DNA of 62,106 nt from Phoronis australis (Eukaryota > Animalia > Phoronida), in the NCBI GenBank assembly GCA_002633005.1, contig NMRA01000857.1:57066-119171 (forward strand), read 5' to 3'. The translations under genes were made by a program, and so were the position numbers. The notes beneath the pieces were generated by a model. That model searched no databases. It worked only from the letters and a program-made list of their open reading frames with translations, and was not told where the DNA came from. The first letter of the stretch is position 1. Each line of letters begins with the position of its first letter. Below are positions 12,101-22,981 of this stretch, one piece after another.

Positions 12101-14205
12101 TGGTTTCAAGTCGGATGCCGCTAAAGAGAAAGAGCCAAAATTCCAAGACTGGATAAGTCACCTAAACAAGTTTCTGGTCTCCAACAAGGGAGGCGAAGGT
12201 TGGTTCATCGGTGATAGTGTAAGTAGTATTTTATTTCGCAATATTCCAAATATTGACCTGACGTCATAAGTCCGATTTTTAATACTGAGTGGTATTTCAC
12301 CTGGAACCAGTCAAATTCACGCCCATGATCTTCAGTAGCAGTTTAATTAGCAAGAATATTTTCATATATTTCAATTATTGTTTTTATGCGCCCACGTATT
12401 TATGTGTTGACGTATTATGCTGTCATCTCCGTCCGTCCGTCCGGCGTCCGCTTCTCCATCTCCAAAACCGATTGACGTATGTTCATGAAAATTTGCACAT
12501 GTGTTCCTTTCATGGATGAGACGACATAGCGAACTTTCGGACGGATCCGACTACGGGTGTGCCCCCTAGTGGCAAATTTAGTTTTTTACGTATACCTCTG
12601 CATCTTCAAAGGTGTTCATCACATTTTCACAAAATTTGGTATATAGGCATCTATTAGTGAGACGACGGTATGCTCCCGTTTTCGGATGGATTCGACACAG
12701 TTTGCGCCACCTAGTGGCCATTTTTACTGTTTTCGCGTCTGTTTTTTTTAGCGTCCACCCCTCTATCAACCAAACCGCTCGAAGCATGATTGTGAAAATT
12801 GACATGTATGTTCTTACTATGAAGAGAATGGTTGACGATGATTTTCCGACGACTTCGACAACTGTGCCGCGTCCTAAAGGCAGTTTTGTTTTTTTGCGTC
12901 TATTGCTATATGTCTCCTAAACCGTTTGCAGGATCTTTACTATGTATTTAGTAAGTGCATTTATATGATGATGACAACAGACAACAACTTTCGGACAGAT
13001 CTGACTACTTGTGTGCCACCTAGTGGCAATTTTATTTACTACCTTTACCTCTGTATCTTCAAAGGTCCTCAATGTTTTTTCATAAAATTTGATGTATAGG
13101 CTTCTGTTACTGAGGTGACGATATCTTTCCGTTTTCAGATGGATTCGACCTATTTTGCGCCACCTGGCGGCCATTTTTACTGTTTTGGAGTCTGTTTTTT
13201 GGCGTCCACCCCTCTATCAACGAAACCGCTTTCAGGATAATTGTGAAAATTGGCATGTATGTTTTTACTATGAAGTGGACGGGTGACATGATTTTCTGAT
13301 GACTTCGACTACTGTGGCGCCTCCTGGTGGCAGTTTCGTTTCTTGCGCCCGTAGCTGTATCTCCTAAACCGTTTGTGCGATCTTTACTAAATTTAAGAAG
13401 TGTGTTTATATGATATTGACAATTTTCTGATGGATCTGACTACTGGTGTGCCCCCTGGTGGTACTTTTAGTTTTACGTTTACCTCTATCATCAAATGTCC
13501 TCAACGGATTTTCATAATATTTTGAATACGGGCATCTGTTTCTCCTAAACCCACTGCAGGGTGTAAGTGTATTCATATGAAGCTAACAACAGACAATGAC
13601 GACTTTCAGGCGGATCCAATGAACAGCCTGCCCCCTAGTGGCAATTTCATTTTATTCTGTTTTCCTTTGTTTATCTGAAGTTCCATGATGGATTTATATG
13701 AAATTTGGTGTATACCTTTCTTTTTAAGAAGCAACAACATGTTCCCGTTTTCGGATGGATTGTATGTTTTTGTGCCATCTAGTGGCCATTTTTATGACAC
13801 AAATAAACAACCCTAAAAGCACACCATTTGCGATGCATTCGTGGGCGCGTTTCAATGCTCCGCGTCATTGCTCTTGTTATAATTGCTGCTTCAGATAGAA
13901 CAAATTCTAGACTCCATTTTTCAAGATGAAACGCACTGTTCGACCACAAACGCTTACTGCATAGTTTAAGTTATTTCTCGGCTCAAGAGGTTTGGAGGAA
14001 CATAAACGCATGTGTTTATTGGGGGTCATTTATTTTCCAGGTCACGATAGCGGATGCTTACGCCTATAGCCTGTCTCCATTCGTAGGATATCTCTATCCG
14101 AAATTGTTAGACAATTATCAGGAGTTAAAAGCCTTGTTCTCAAGGTTTGAACAGTTGCCGGAAATAGCAGCATGGATTGAAAAGCGACCACAAACATTGT
14201 ATTGA
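6159..14205 (+). CDS. Glutathione S-transferase, sigma-class-like, 210 aa; exons 6159-6312, 8803-8895, 10932-11044, 12111-12218, 14041-14205
   Basis: All introns are GT-AG and the phases are consistent (633 nt). Translation MSYKLVYFNVRGKTECLRYIFALAGQEYEDKRIE...EWLQYKPTTLWGTVPELEY...CQTPAIARFLGAQFGLAGKT...QVDMII...WFIGDSVTIAD...PEIAAWIEKRPQTLY* has the catalytic Tyr, cis-Pro, N-capping box and sigma-type C-terminus. Probable 5'-UTR intron at 6069-6150; AATAAA at 14411-14416. Confidence 0.93.
6405..6558. mobile_element. MITE (CAGGGGCGGATCCAG-type TIR) with 5-bp TSD AAGAC
   Basis: TIRs caggggcggatccag / ctaaatccgccacag; aagac at 6400-6404 and 6559-6563. Related ends at ~5224-5391 and ~16002-16039 (the latter truncated by the gap). 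Confidence 0.75.
6649..8414 (+). mobile_element. Non-autonomous Helentron (HINE/DINE-1-like), copy 1, in GST intron 1
   Basis: Starts in a T-run with subTIR ATGCGCCCAC and its partial inverted copy, followed by a (GTCC)-type microsatellite and ~150-bp tandem repeats in ~440-bp trimers. Ends with 3' subTIR GTGGGCGCAT, stem-loop caacgc-acc-gcgttg and ctcttgt. No TSD. Confidence 0.85.
9086..10875 (+). mobile_element. Non-autonomous Helentron, copy 2 (diverged), in GST intron 2
   Basis: Same architecture: ttttatgtacccacatatttgtatctgggtgcat start, gtccgtcgtc microsatellite, decayed tandem repeats and a ggtgggtgcacattaacgctccacattgttcttg end. Confidence 0.75.
9609..9711. mobile_element. MITE (CATGCGCGCACCCAG TIR) with 5-bp TSD TATAT, nested in Helentron copy 2, interior in gap
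   Basis: catgcgcgctcccag...ctgggtgcgcgcatg flanked by tatat at 9604-9608 and 9712-9716. Confidence 0.75.
11715..11951. mobile_element. MITE (CATGCGCGCACCCAG TIR) with 5-bp TSD TGCAA, in GST intron 3
   Basis: catgcgcgcacccag...ctgagtgcgcgcatg flanked by tgcaa at 11710-11714 and 11952-11956. A further right end lies at ~24808-24822. Confidence 0.8.
12381..13878 (+). mobile_element. Non-autonomous Helentron, copy 3, in GST intron 4
   Basis: tttttatgcgcccacgtatttatgtg start, gtccgtccgtcc microsatellite, the same trimeric repeats as copy 1, and a gtgggcgcgtttcaatgctccgcgtcattgctcttgtt end. Confidence 0.85.
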
Positions 14206-16466
14206 TGGTTAGTTGTTTTTGTCAAGTGTAAGACAGAGAGTGTTATTGTATTCCACTTAGTAAACCATGTGCAGGTACTAAATGTACTGTATGTATTTAT
14301 ATTTATTTTTGTACTTTAGTTCATGGAAACAGTTGATTTGTGTGCATGTAACTTATGTTGCCAGTTTGCGCGTTTGTTTGTGTCCCTGTCATAGGTAGCA
14401 ATTATACAAAAATAAAAAAGATAATTTGATCGTTCTTGTTCTCTATTTTGAGTAGCTTTGTGTTGGGGTTATGTGGATACTTTAAGGTTAGGCTAACTTC
14501 ATGTACTTAGTTCTCCAACACCCTGTCAGGAATGGTTCCAATTCTGCATGAGGGGCTATCGAAAAGTGGAGTTTTCGAAAAAACAAAAAATGCATAAAAC
14601 AGAAATATTTTCAAAACACCAACAGCGTTTCGTGTATTTTTACTAAACTTTACAAACAAGAGACATGGTAACCCAACTAATGACTAGTATAAAGTTAAAA
14701 ATCAAAGTTTACAGTGTTTCTTCTGTCAGTTACTAAGGTGCAGCCTTTCTGCTTGTAGAGCCTAAGAAATGGTATGGGGGTGGAAGTTGATGGCCGCGTA
14801 CCTCGAATTGCTATCAATTTCACTCCTTTACCCTCATTGGCACGCCATTTTTCAGGGCTATGTTGACATTTTTTGGTCAAGAATTGTGGTTGCCCCACCC
14901 TTAAGGCAAAACGACACAATAATTACACCCCAGATTACTGTAATGCCATCGACTGGACAGTCTGAATAAAAATTGGATCACATATAGTCATTTTTAATAT
15001 AAATTAGTCAGACAACATTGAACATTGACAAAGGTCCTATGTACACGCGCACGCACCCTTTGATATCCATTTCATAACAACAAGAATTAATAGCTACCAA
15101 AGGTTGTCCCAGTCAGTGATGTTTATTTGTCTGTTGTTCAGTTTGGTATCACACACTTATTTTGTAACCACCTCTTAACTGGGGACACTTTCTTCAATAT
15201 TTGAAGCCCATGTATCAGACAAAAGGCACCATGAAAGAGACGTGGACAAGCTGATCAGATGTATAAAACCTTGCACGAGTATCTATGTCCTTGTTCAGGC
15301 ATTCACACTGAAGGTACATCAGAACATGATGCCACCTCCTGACCATTCCATTCGCTGAAATGTCAATGAAAATGGAGTTGTGAAATAAACCAATCACTTG
15401 TCAACAAATATCGAGGGGCAGATTCCACAGAGAGGGTTGTTTTACTGTGCCTGTCTGGCTTCACACCCATGCTTGGCTTACAACCCACCTTCCAAATTTC
15501 CACCTCTAAATGCCCATTGTCAGCTTACTACCCACCCCCAATTTACAGGACCAAGGCTTCCTTAAAAGTACCTGTGGCATAGTAACACCAGACTCAGTAA
15601 GTTAGCTAGCTCCCAAGCAGTATGCAACTTTCCTTGAGTACCGATTGGCCAGTTACAGTGAAACCTTGCCTTATTCTGGCAGGAAAATACCCATACTCTC
15701 CAGCTCCTAACAGAAGGAGACATAGAAAATTTAAAAGGATACCAAACCCAGTTTTGGCCTATTAACGGCTTTTAAAAACGGCTTTCACATGCTGTTCTCT
15801 GACACAAAATGATGCCCTGTAGGCCTTGATAACCCCCAAAATTGGGAGGACACTTATAACTCTTTATAATGCCTGGTAAATGGCAAGTGTGACCTACGTT
15901 TTAGGCGAGTTACACAATAACTGTAGGAAAAGACCACCGTGACACAGAGAGTATAAGTTTTCGAAAAAGTCCTACTTTGATCACTCAAGTCGGACACCAA
16001 TTAGGGGGCGGATCCAGGATTTTGAGTTGGGGGGCGGGANNNNNNNNNNNNNNNNNNNNNNNNNNNNNNNNNNNNNNNNNNNNNNNNNNNNNNNNNNNNN
16101 NNNNNNNNNNNNNNNNNNNNNNNNNNNNNNNNNNNNNNNNNNNNNNNNNNNNNNNNNNNNNNNNNNNNNNNNNNNNNNNNNNNNNNNNNNNNNNNNNNNN
16201 NNNNNNNNNNNNNNNNNNNNNNNNNNNNNNNNNNNNNNNNNNNNNNNNNNNNNNNNNNNNNNNNNNNNNNNNNNNNNNNNNNNNNNNNNNNNNNNNTACC
16301 ACTGGTCGATTACAGAACTCCAAACACATTTCACTATAGGTCATGTGATGTGACCAACATTTGGCATGTATGATGACTAATAATTCATCTCGCTAGGCAC
16401 TTTAGTAGAAATGGGCTGCAAACCTAGACAAATACAATAGTTTAGTATATTAAATGTGTTCATTAC

Positions 16467-19400
16467 CAGCCTGTTCTTTCAGAATACGCTGCGATATTCG
16501 ATCAATGGAGGAAAGCTTTTCACTCAATATAGTGATGTATTCTTGCATTGCCACGTGTTCAGAACTTCGATTTTTCATCATGTAAGAGGCACTCATGCTG
16601 TGGAGGGAATCAGCCATGCGACTAAGCAGTCCCGATCCTTGCTTCTTGTGAGCGAGGAACTCCTAGAAACATACAAGAATTATAATAATGCAAATTATGG
16701 AACTTAAGATAGTCTCTGCCATTTGAGACATGGAAACTAGTCGCAAACATGAAGTTTTCAAAGTTCTTTGCTTCCACGCTACCTCTGTTAAGAAACAGTG
16801 GGATGTGCTGTTTTTCCAACTAAAACGGTTCCATAATTTTCCACATCATAAAATCACAATTTACTAGCACATTTGCAACCTACAATGCTGCGAAATTATA
16901 CCAAACCTACATGAAACAAAAATGGCAACTGAAATTCCGACCAAAATAAGCGCGTATTCAGTCACCCCTGCTTCTGCAATTGAAATATTTCATTTTAATT
17001 CAAAAAGTTCTTTTTGCTCATCAAGTATTTTTCACATAGGCACATGTGCCTAGACTTCTCTTAATTAACTCTTTCACTGCCAAATTTCTAGTGCGAGACA
17101 CACTTCCCAGAATGCAAAATAAATTTTGGCGAAATTGGAAAATTTGGATGCACAAATGAAAAGGTGGTTATAATAGTCCGGTATAATATGCCCTCACTTT
17201 GAGAACCAGGTTTCCCCACTGAATAACGGGCATCAACTGGTTCTCAAAATGCAAGCACGTTATATCAAAAAAGGCTATAAAATCTATTGCTATTTGTTTT
17301 ATAACTAGCTGGAACCTGAAAATTCTATGGTTTTGAATGCTGATGTACATTGTAGGACAGCTTCCGAGTCTGAACCATGAACAAATTTGCAGACCGACGT
17401 CAACAGAATATCTAACTGCCACAGCTTTGATCTCAGCTGTCGAGACAAATCAGCATCAAATCACTTCAAATTTCAAGAAAAAATCTCTTATTCAACAGAA
17501 TAACAAAAATTGGTCATATGATGTTGTAAACTGTTGTTAGTGACCCTGTATTTGAACAGCTGAAAATCAACAAGCCAGAGACAGGCACCTGAGTCGCCAA
17601 AAGACGGCACTGGCATTCATGGGTCACATGCGATATTAATACCTGAGCTTTGGCCGTTAAGAACACATGGAGAGACTGGGAGAATGAGAGAACTGGGTGA
17701 TGAGCCAGTCTCCTCATGAACTTGCCAAGTCCTATGGCACGCAATGCAGTAAATTCCTTGCTAAAGTGGTCCAGGCGCTTTAAACTTTCCTTTGCTGGGA
17801 GAGGCTGAAACGATACAGAAACCAGCATTATTTATAACCCTTCCCATGACATGCCTTCCAAGAACAATTAAATTGCTTCTCAGCTTTTCTTTGATGGATT
17901 ACTATAATCTTTAACACTTTTAAAAGTGTAAATTTCTACAATTTTCAGGACTCTCTCCCCGTAATGTACTAAATGCTTTTCCTCCCCGTACAACTGTGAA
18001 ACATACGGCAGATAATAACCCCTCCCCTGTGAATGTTTTGTACACTATGGAATGAGTTCTCGGAACAACAAGTAAATCTCAGTCGACTCATCATTCTGTT
18101 TTGGTCACATTCCAATTGTACTTATTGTGTTGGCATGATTAGGACACAGGTGATAATATACATAACACCGTTTTCAAAGCCATTTAAACTCTTCTAACAC
18201 ATGCCTTGGCACAACCAAAATGGCAGCACTGAAAAAACATGAAAAAACTAGTTTCATTCACGAAAGCGAAATCTGCAAAGTGGGGTGGACTTAACGTTCT
18301 ATAACTGCTGTACATAATCCGTCATGAACATGATCGTTCATGGCACAGACTAATCACCCATACATTCAGTGCACCACAAACAATTCTCAATTGGAAGTTG
18401 GGTAAAATTGGAGAAAGATATGAGCACGCCAACTATTAAGAAGTTATCATAAATGTTCCATATTATTTTTTTACTTGTTTTGGTTAGATAAACAAAACAT
18501 ATGCCTTCCACATTTGCAGACAAATACCACAGTAAGATTAACCCACTTGAATAGTGAGGTCATGCAGAACTGGTTTATATAAGGAAAATACCAAGTGTGG
18601 AGGTATAGCTTTCGTTTGAAAACCGTTATCAACTGATTTTTATGATTTACAAATCTGGCAATATCTTCCAATGCTAGTAAGTGGTTGAACAGTGGGATTT
18701 ACAGGGTAATACACACAAGCAGGCTACATCTAATCAATATTGCACTTTGCAAGCCAAGATGCATTTGAACAAATTGTTTACAAAAGTCAGGCATGTCAGG
18801 CATTCCTTCACAGAACCCTAGCCACCTCACAATCATATGGTAGGCCTCTCATAGGTGCTCGTTGGTAATGTACCCACAATGCTTCACATCAGGTGAGCAC
18901 TTTATCAGCCTCCATGTTCAATTAAGTCCATGTGTTTCATATGTGCAATGTACAGCAGTACTTAATTTATTATCTCACTGGCTTTAGAAGAGCACTCACT
19001 ATGCGCCTATCACACTAAGATTTGTCAACAGTAAATATGGGTTTGTCAAATACAAATTCCTAGCGAGAAAAAGAAACTTACTGGTACTAAAAGTGCTGGG
19101 TATTCCAGTTCCAGCTTCTGCCGTAACCATAAGAAGTCGTTGTATCTTCGCCTCACACTGTATTCGTTAAGATCGAAATCCGTTCTTGTGGTCTGAAAGC
19201 AATATTTCTTTTGGCTGAGAACTTGGACATTTTGGTGAGAGGGATAATGGTTATCCATGGTAGGACCTAGGTTATATTATTAGAAATAGTATTTCGACTA
19301 ACAAAATAACTTGAGTATTGGATTTTACTTAAAAATCACCAACTCATTTCGTAAATATAGACAAACAAGAAATCTAAGTGAATACAAGACAATTTTGAAA

Positions 19401-22400
19401 GAAAATTAAACTTTTAACAAAAAACATTGAACTTGTCCAGGTTAATGCAAAAGTTACTTGAAATGAAAAGCTTAAATACTAGGGAGCAGGCTCTGAGGTT
19501 AGTTAAACAAGGATAAGACGTTCACTCAAGATGAAAAAAATATTCAGTAAAATAAAATACCTTTGTGGTGATCCTGAATGTTATGAATGACTCCATTGCA
19601 GTGGCATGTTTTTCAGGATCATCAACGGTCACCGACATGTCCGTAGTTTCCTTTGCCATTTCCTCTTCTAAGTTAGTTGTTGCGGCTAACAAAGCAGCAC
19701 TGTCGCCACGAAGTTTTCCCTCACTATTTTCATCGTCATTTGAGGATATTGTTTCAGCCTATAAAGAGATAATCAAAACCTGTTAATGGTTCACACCCAA
19801 ATCGAACTGAATTCGAATCATGACTGACCCACAAGTATCCCACATGGGTACCGTAAAAGCGAAACTCATGACGAAGCTTGCAGGCAGCATCACGAGGGCA
19901 ATTCAGTGTCATACACTGTTGAATATTAAGCGGTGTCCAAGTGGTGCATTGGGCTACTAGTTACCTTGATGGACTGGCTTAAGATTATAAGAGACATAAA
20001 TCAGTGACAGACAATAATTACCAATGCACATAAAGGCCCTGTCACAAAAATGTTAATTAGCATGTGAATGCCTGCGTCATTCATTTGGGTGGTTCAAAAG
20101 ATCAAGTTTTTAGGCAATTCACGAAAGCGCCATCTTTCCGCGCCATCTTTAAATACTGATCGAAAACGAGGCACACTGATAAAACCTCGTGAGTGATCAT
20201 CAGCTGGCCATGGTGTACTGTGCAGTGCCTGAACGTACCAATTCCAGTAATCTCGTCGGTATCCTTCCCAGCCATTCGCCCAGTCGCCAATGCGAGTAAA
20301 AATGGTGCTGGGCGAGTAGAAGTTGACTTGCCGGTCGCCCGGTGGCGAGCGAATTTCAGAGCGCAAAAGCACTATATATCGTTTCCCAGATGAATATGAA
20401 TAATTTTCCTCCTCCTTGTGCTGTTTTTATCATGAATTTAAGGTTCAGTTTGGTCATCGTGTCGATGCTCCGGCAGTAAAAAACATCGGCGCAGTGCGAC
20501 CCTACCGATTCAGTACATGTCACCCGTTACGCGATTCGTCAAAAAAACACAGTGTGTGGTCGTGCACAAAGAATTTGTGGACTAGTCCGAAACGAAGAAA
20601 AGGGGAGAAAGGTGGAAGACCGGTCCATGTGCTCATAGCAAATAAAATACCATATTTCTTGGAACTGATTTCTTATTGTAATGTACAATGTCATTTTAGC
20701 CAAAATTATTTTTATAACATTCGTCCTAATAAGCGCCCATGCCCCTATAAGCGTCCCCACTCGTTTTCAGACTTCGCTAAAATAAGCGCCCAGTCCATGA
20801 ATGTGTATATATCAGTGCGAAAAATGTCTTACCTCACAGTTCTAAAATTGTACAGTAAATGTATTCAATTTATCAATAATATCCGACAGTTCTGAAAAAT
20901 CATTGTGCGCGTAATTTCTAGTAGACCACGAGCCTCGCCGCTATGTCGGTATTTAGCCGTGGCTGTACACTTCAAACCATTCCGCAGTGCTTCAAAAAGA
21001 ACGCAAAAGATTTGCTGATCTTGCGAGGAGGAAAGTGTCACACTACATGGTCTGGCCCTGATCAGAACAGACGCAGCGTACTCAGGTCAACGGGATTGGT
21101 ATTGTATCTTTCCCGTACAGATCTTCTCCCACAACAGGAATCCAGATTGTTTTGTACACGAAAAATTATAAAAACCGCGAATCGAAACTTGGCCAAGAAG
21201 CGCGCGCTAGGGCCCACATATAACATGTGGGCCTGCTCAATGAGATAAATATACTACATTATACAGCTCATTGGGCCTGCTACTCTGGCAAATGAACACT
21301 GATGACACGCACGCGCTCGCTCACTCGGTGCACACCAGCTGATTCACTTCAATACAAACGTCACGTGACAACAACATATGTGTTCGTCCAGATTTTTCTC
21401 GTTGCGGGGTGCGATCTAGCGCAGATTTTGACTTAATCTGCGGTTAATCCCGACTCCGAGTCCACAGGAACTTAAGAATCTTAGGAAAGGCTATTTGGGA
21501 GGATTTCAGGTAATTTGAGTCGAAACTATTTTTACTCAAGAATTCAAGTTGTCCTATCGACGATCGCGAAGCAGCGACGCATCAGTCGGCAAGTTTTCGC
21601 CCTGGGATTTCAGCACATTTTTTTAAAAAGATCGTAATTTAACAACAGAGTTTGATAGCAATGCACCACAGTTTTGTAGCTAGTCTGTCATAGGTTACAC
21701 ATACGTCACAGCGCGTAAATTTGATGAATCCTAGCTTCCGATTTCACCCGTTTCGGAGACCAGGTTTTAACTGCCGTAGGCTACAAAAAGAGTCCCCCTG
21801 GGCGCTTATTAGAGCGAATACGGTAGCCCTAATAGATGGTGACATCAGTGCACGAAACGATGATTTTTATTTAAATTAGCAGCAAGTTTGTGGTGACTGG
21901 CGCCAATGGCCGGGTGACCAAACTTCGGGCTTGGCGAGTAGATTTTCTGGCTCCGGCACTCGCCCAGCTGGCGAGCAGGGTTTTTCAAGACTAAAAGCCT
22001 GGGTATATCCCTGACTTCCACACTTTTTCAAAAGAGGGAAAACTACTAAGGAATGGCCGAGGATCGAGGGTAAAAGTCTAGTTGCCGTAAGTATTGGTAT
22101 GTTTTTTGGAGATCAATTCAACATCAGACAACTTGATTTTTGGTAACGTTGATAAGTCTTTTGACCACAACACCTTGCAGGACGATGCCATGTTTGTCAA
22201 GGCGCCTCGTTTTCGATCAACATGACAGCAGTGCCCTGCGTTCGTGAAAGAGGTAGATTATGCTTATTGATTTTATCGACTTAATTACTTTATGCATGCT
22301 GACTCAAAAAATTCAGATTCTAAATTTGGAAATTGATTTAGGCCAGCAATTACTGCCATTGCTGTTATTGGTGTATGGAATTTGTCTCCCATGGAGGGAG

Positions 22401-22805
22401 ACGGTGTTGTAAAAGTGCAATCTTGAGTTGCCATGTAGTTCATATAGGAGTGATTATTCTTGCAGTTGCACCAGATCAAGCTTTAGTTTTTTAGAAATTG
22501 CAAATTCTTAATTTCATAATTATTTCTTTAACTTGTTTTGTGCAGGTTCCATTTTTGCTCTGGGATTTTACTCATCAATTATGACGTACCTCTGCTACTT
22601 TTTCCGTCTTATTAGAAATGGGAGCAGTGCTGTTGCTGTCACTGGCATTGCCCTCCACCACTGGGCGACTTGCTCCATTTCCAGGTCCACTGAAATTTGA
22701 CGTTAAATATTCAAGGTCTCTTAAAAATTCGTCATCATCACTTAGAAGGCTGGCATCGTCTTGGAGAGCAGACAGGGGGTCAGCACCTTTCGTAGCATCT
22801 TCCAT
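16467..22805 (-). CDS. SNX30: Sorting nexin 7/30-like (PX-BAR), 3'-partial; exons 22805-22590, 19758-19561, 19192-19082, 17804-17643, 16662-16467
   Basis: GT-AG introns with consistent phases. PX domain [52 protein letters not shown]...PPLPAK...[10 protein letters not shown]...FLTAK, followed by the BAR start [11 protein letters not shown]...[16 protein letters not shown], closely resembling SNX7/SNX30. The remaining BAR exons were not found before the gap at 16040-16296. The sequence does not distinguish SNX7 from SNX30 (probably co-orthologous to both). Confidence 0.88.
17186..17266. repeat. Short palindromic repeat family member (others at 23326-23385, 38092-38199, 42195-42236)
   Basis: Shared core ttgagaaccag...ccactga...ctggttctca; the 38092-38199 copy is a full hairpin. 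Confidence 0.6.
20263..22001. mobile_element. Non-autonomous TIR element with GGCGAG/CTCGCC subterminal repeats and 5-bp TSD GGTAT, in SNX intron 1
   Basis: ggtat at 20258-20262 and 22002-22006; right end ...aaagcctg. Clustered ggcgag/cgccc motifs at both ends; left TIR eroded. Confidence 0.5.
20713..21825. mobile_element. Tc1/mariner (pogo/Tigger-like) MITE nested in the previous element
   Basis: TIRs ta(taac)attcgtcctaataagcgccc / gggcgcttattagagcgaatacggta with TA ends and internal repeats of ataagcgccc. Confidence 0.65.
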
Positions 22806-22981
22806 GTTTCGGAATTTGAGACAGTTTACTGACTAGTGACTGGGTCAGTGACAGCAAAACTGAAAACAGGAAGTGCCCGACTATAGAAATCATGTGACTT
22901 GCACAAATGCGCTGCCGTTCGGTTGCGAGGCTATACTGATTTGAGGGTATGTTCTCGACCTTTGAACTTCCGCTTGTGATC
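22806..22981. promoter_or_regulatory. Compact bidirectional promoter between SNX7/30 and ABCD3
   Basis: 176 bp between divergent ATGs. ETS-like CAGGAAGT (22867-22874) and CTTCCGC (22967-22973); M-box/E-box TCATGTGAC (22890-22898). Confidence 0.8.

Noticed and set aside
15690-15706. ELxEYG-like match to the next SNX30 exon
   Set aside because: It needs a frameshift and the following residues do not match SNX7/30, so it is probably coincidence.
15977-16353. ORFs spanning N-runs (also 9553-9867)
   Set aside because: Artefacts of translating assembly gaps.
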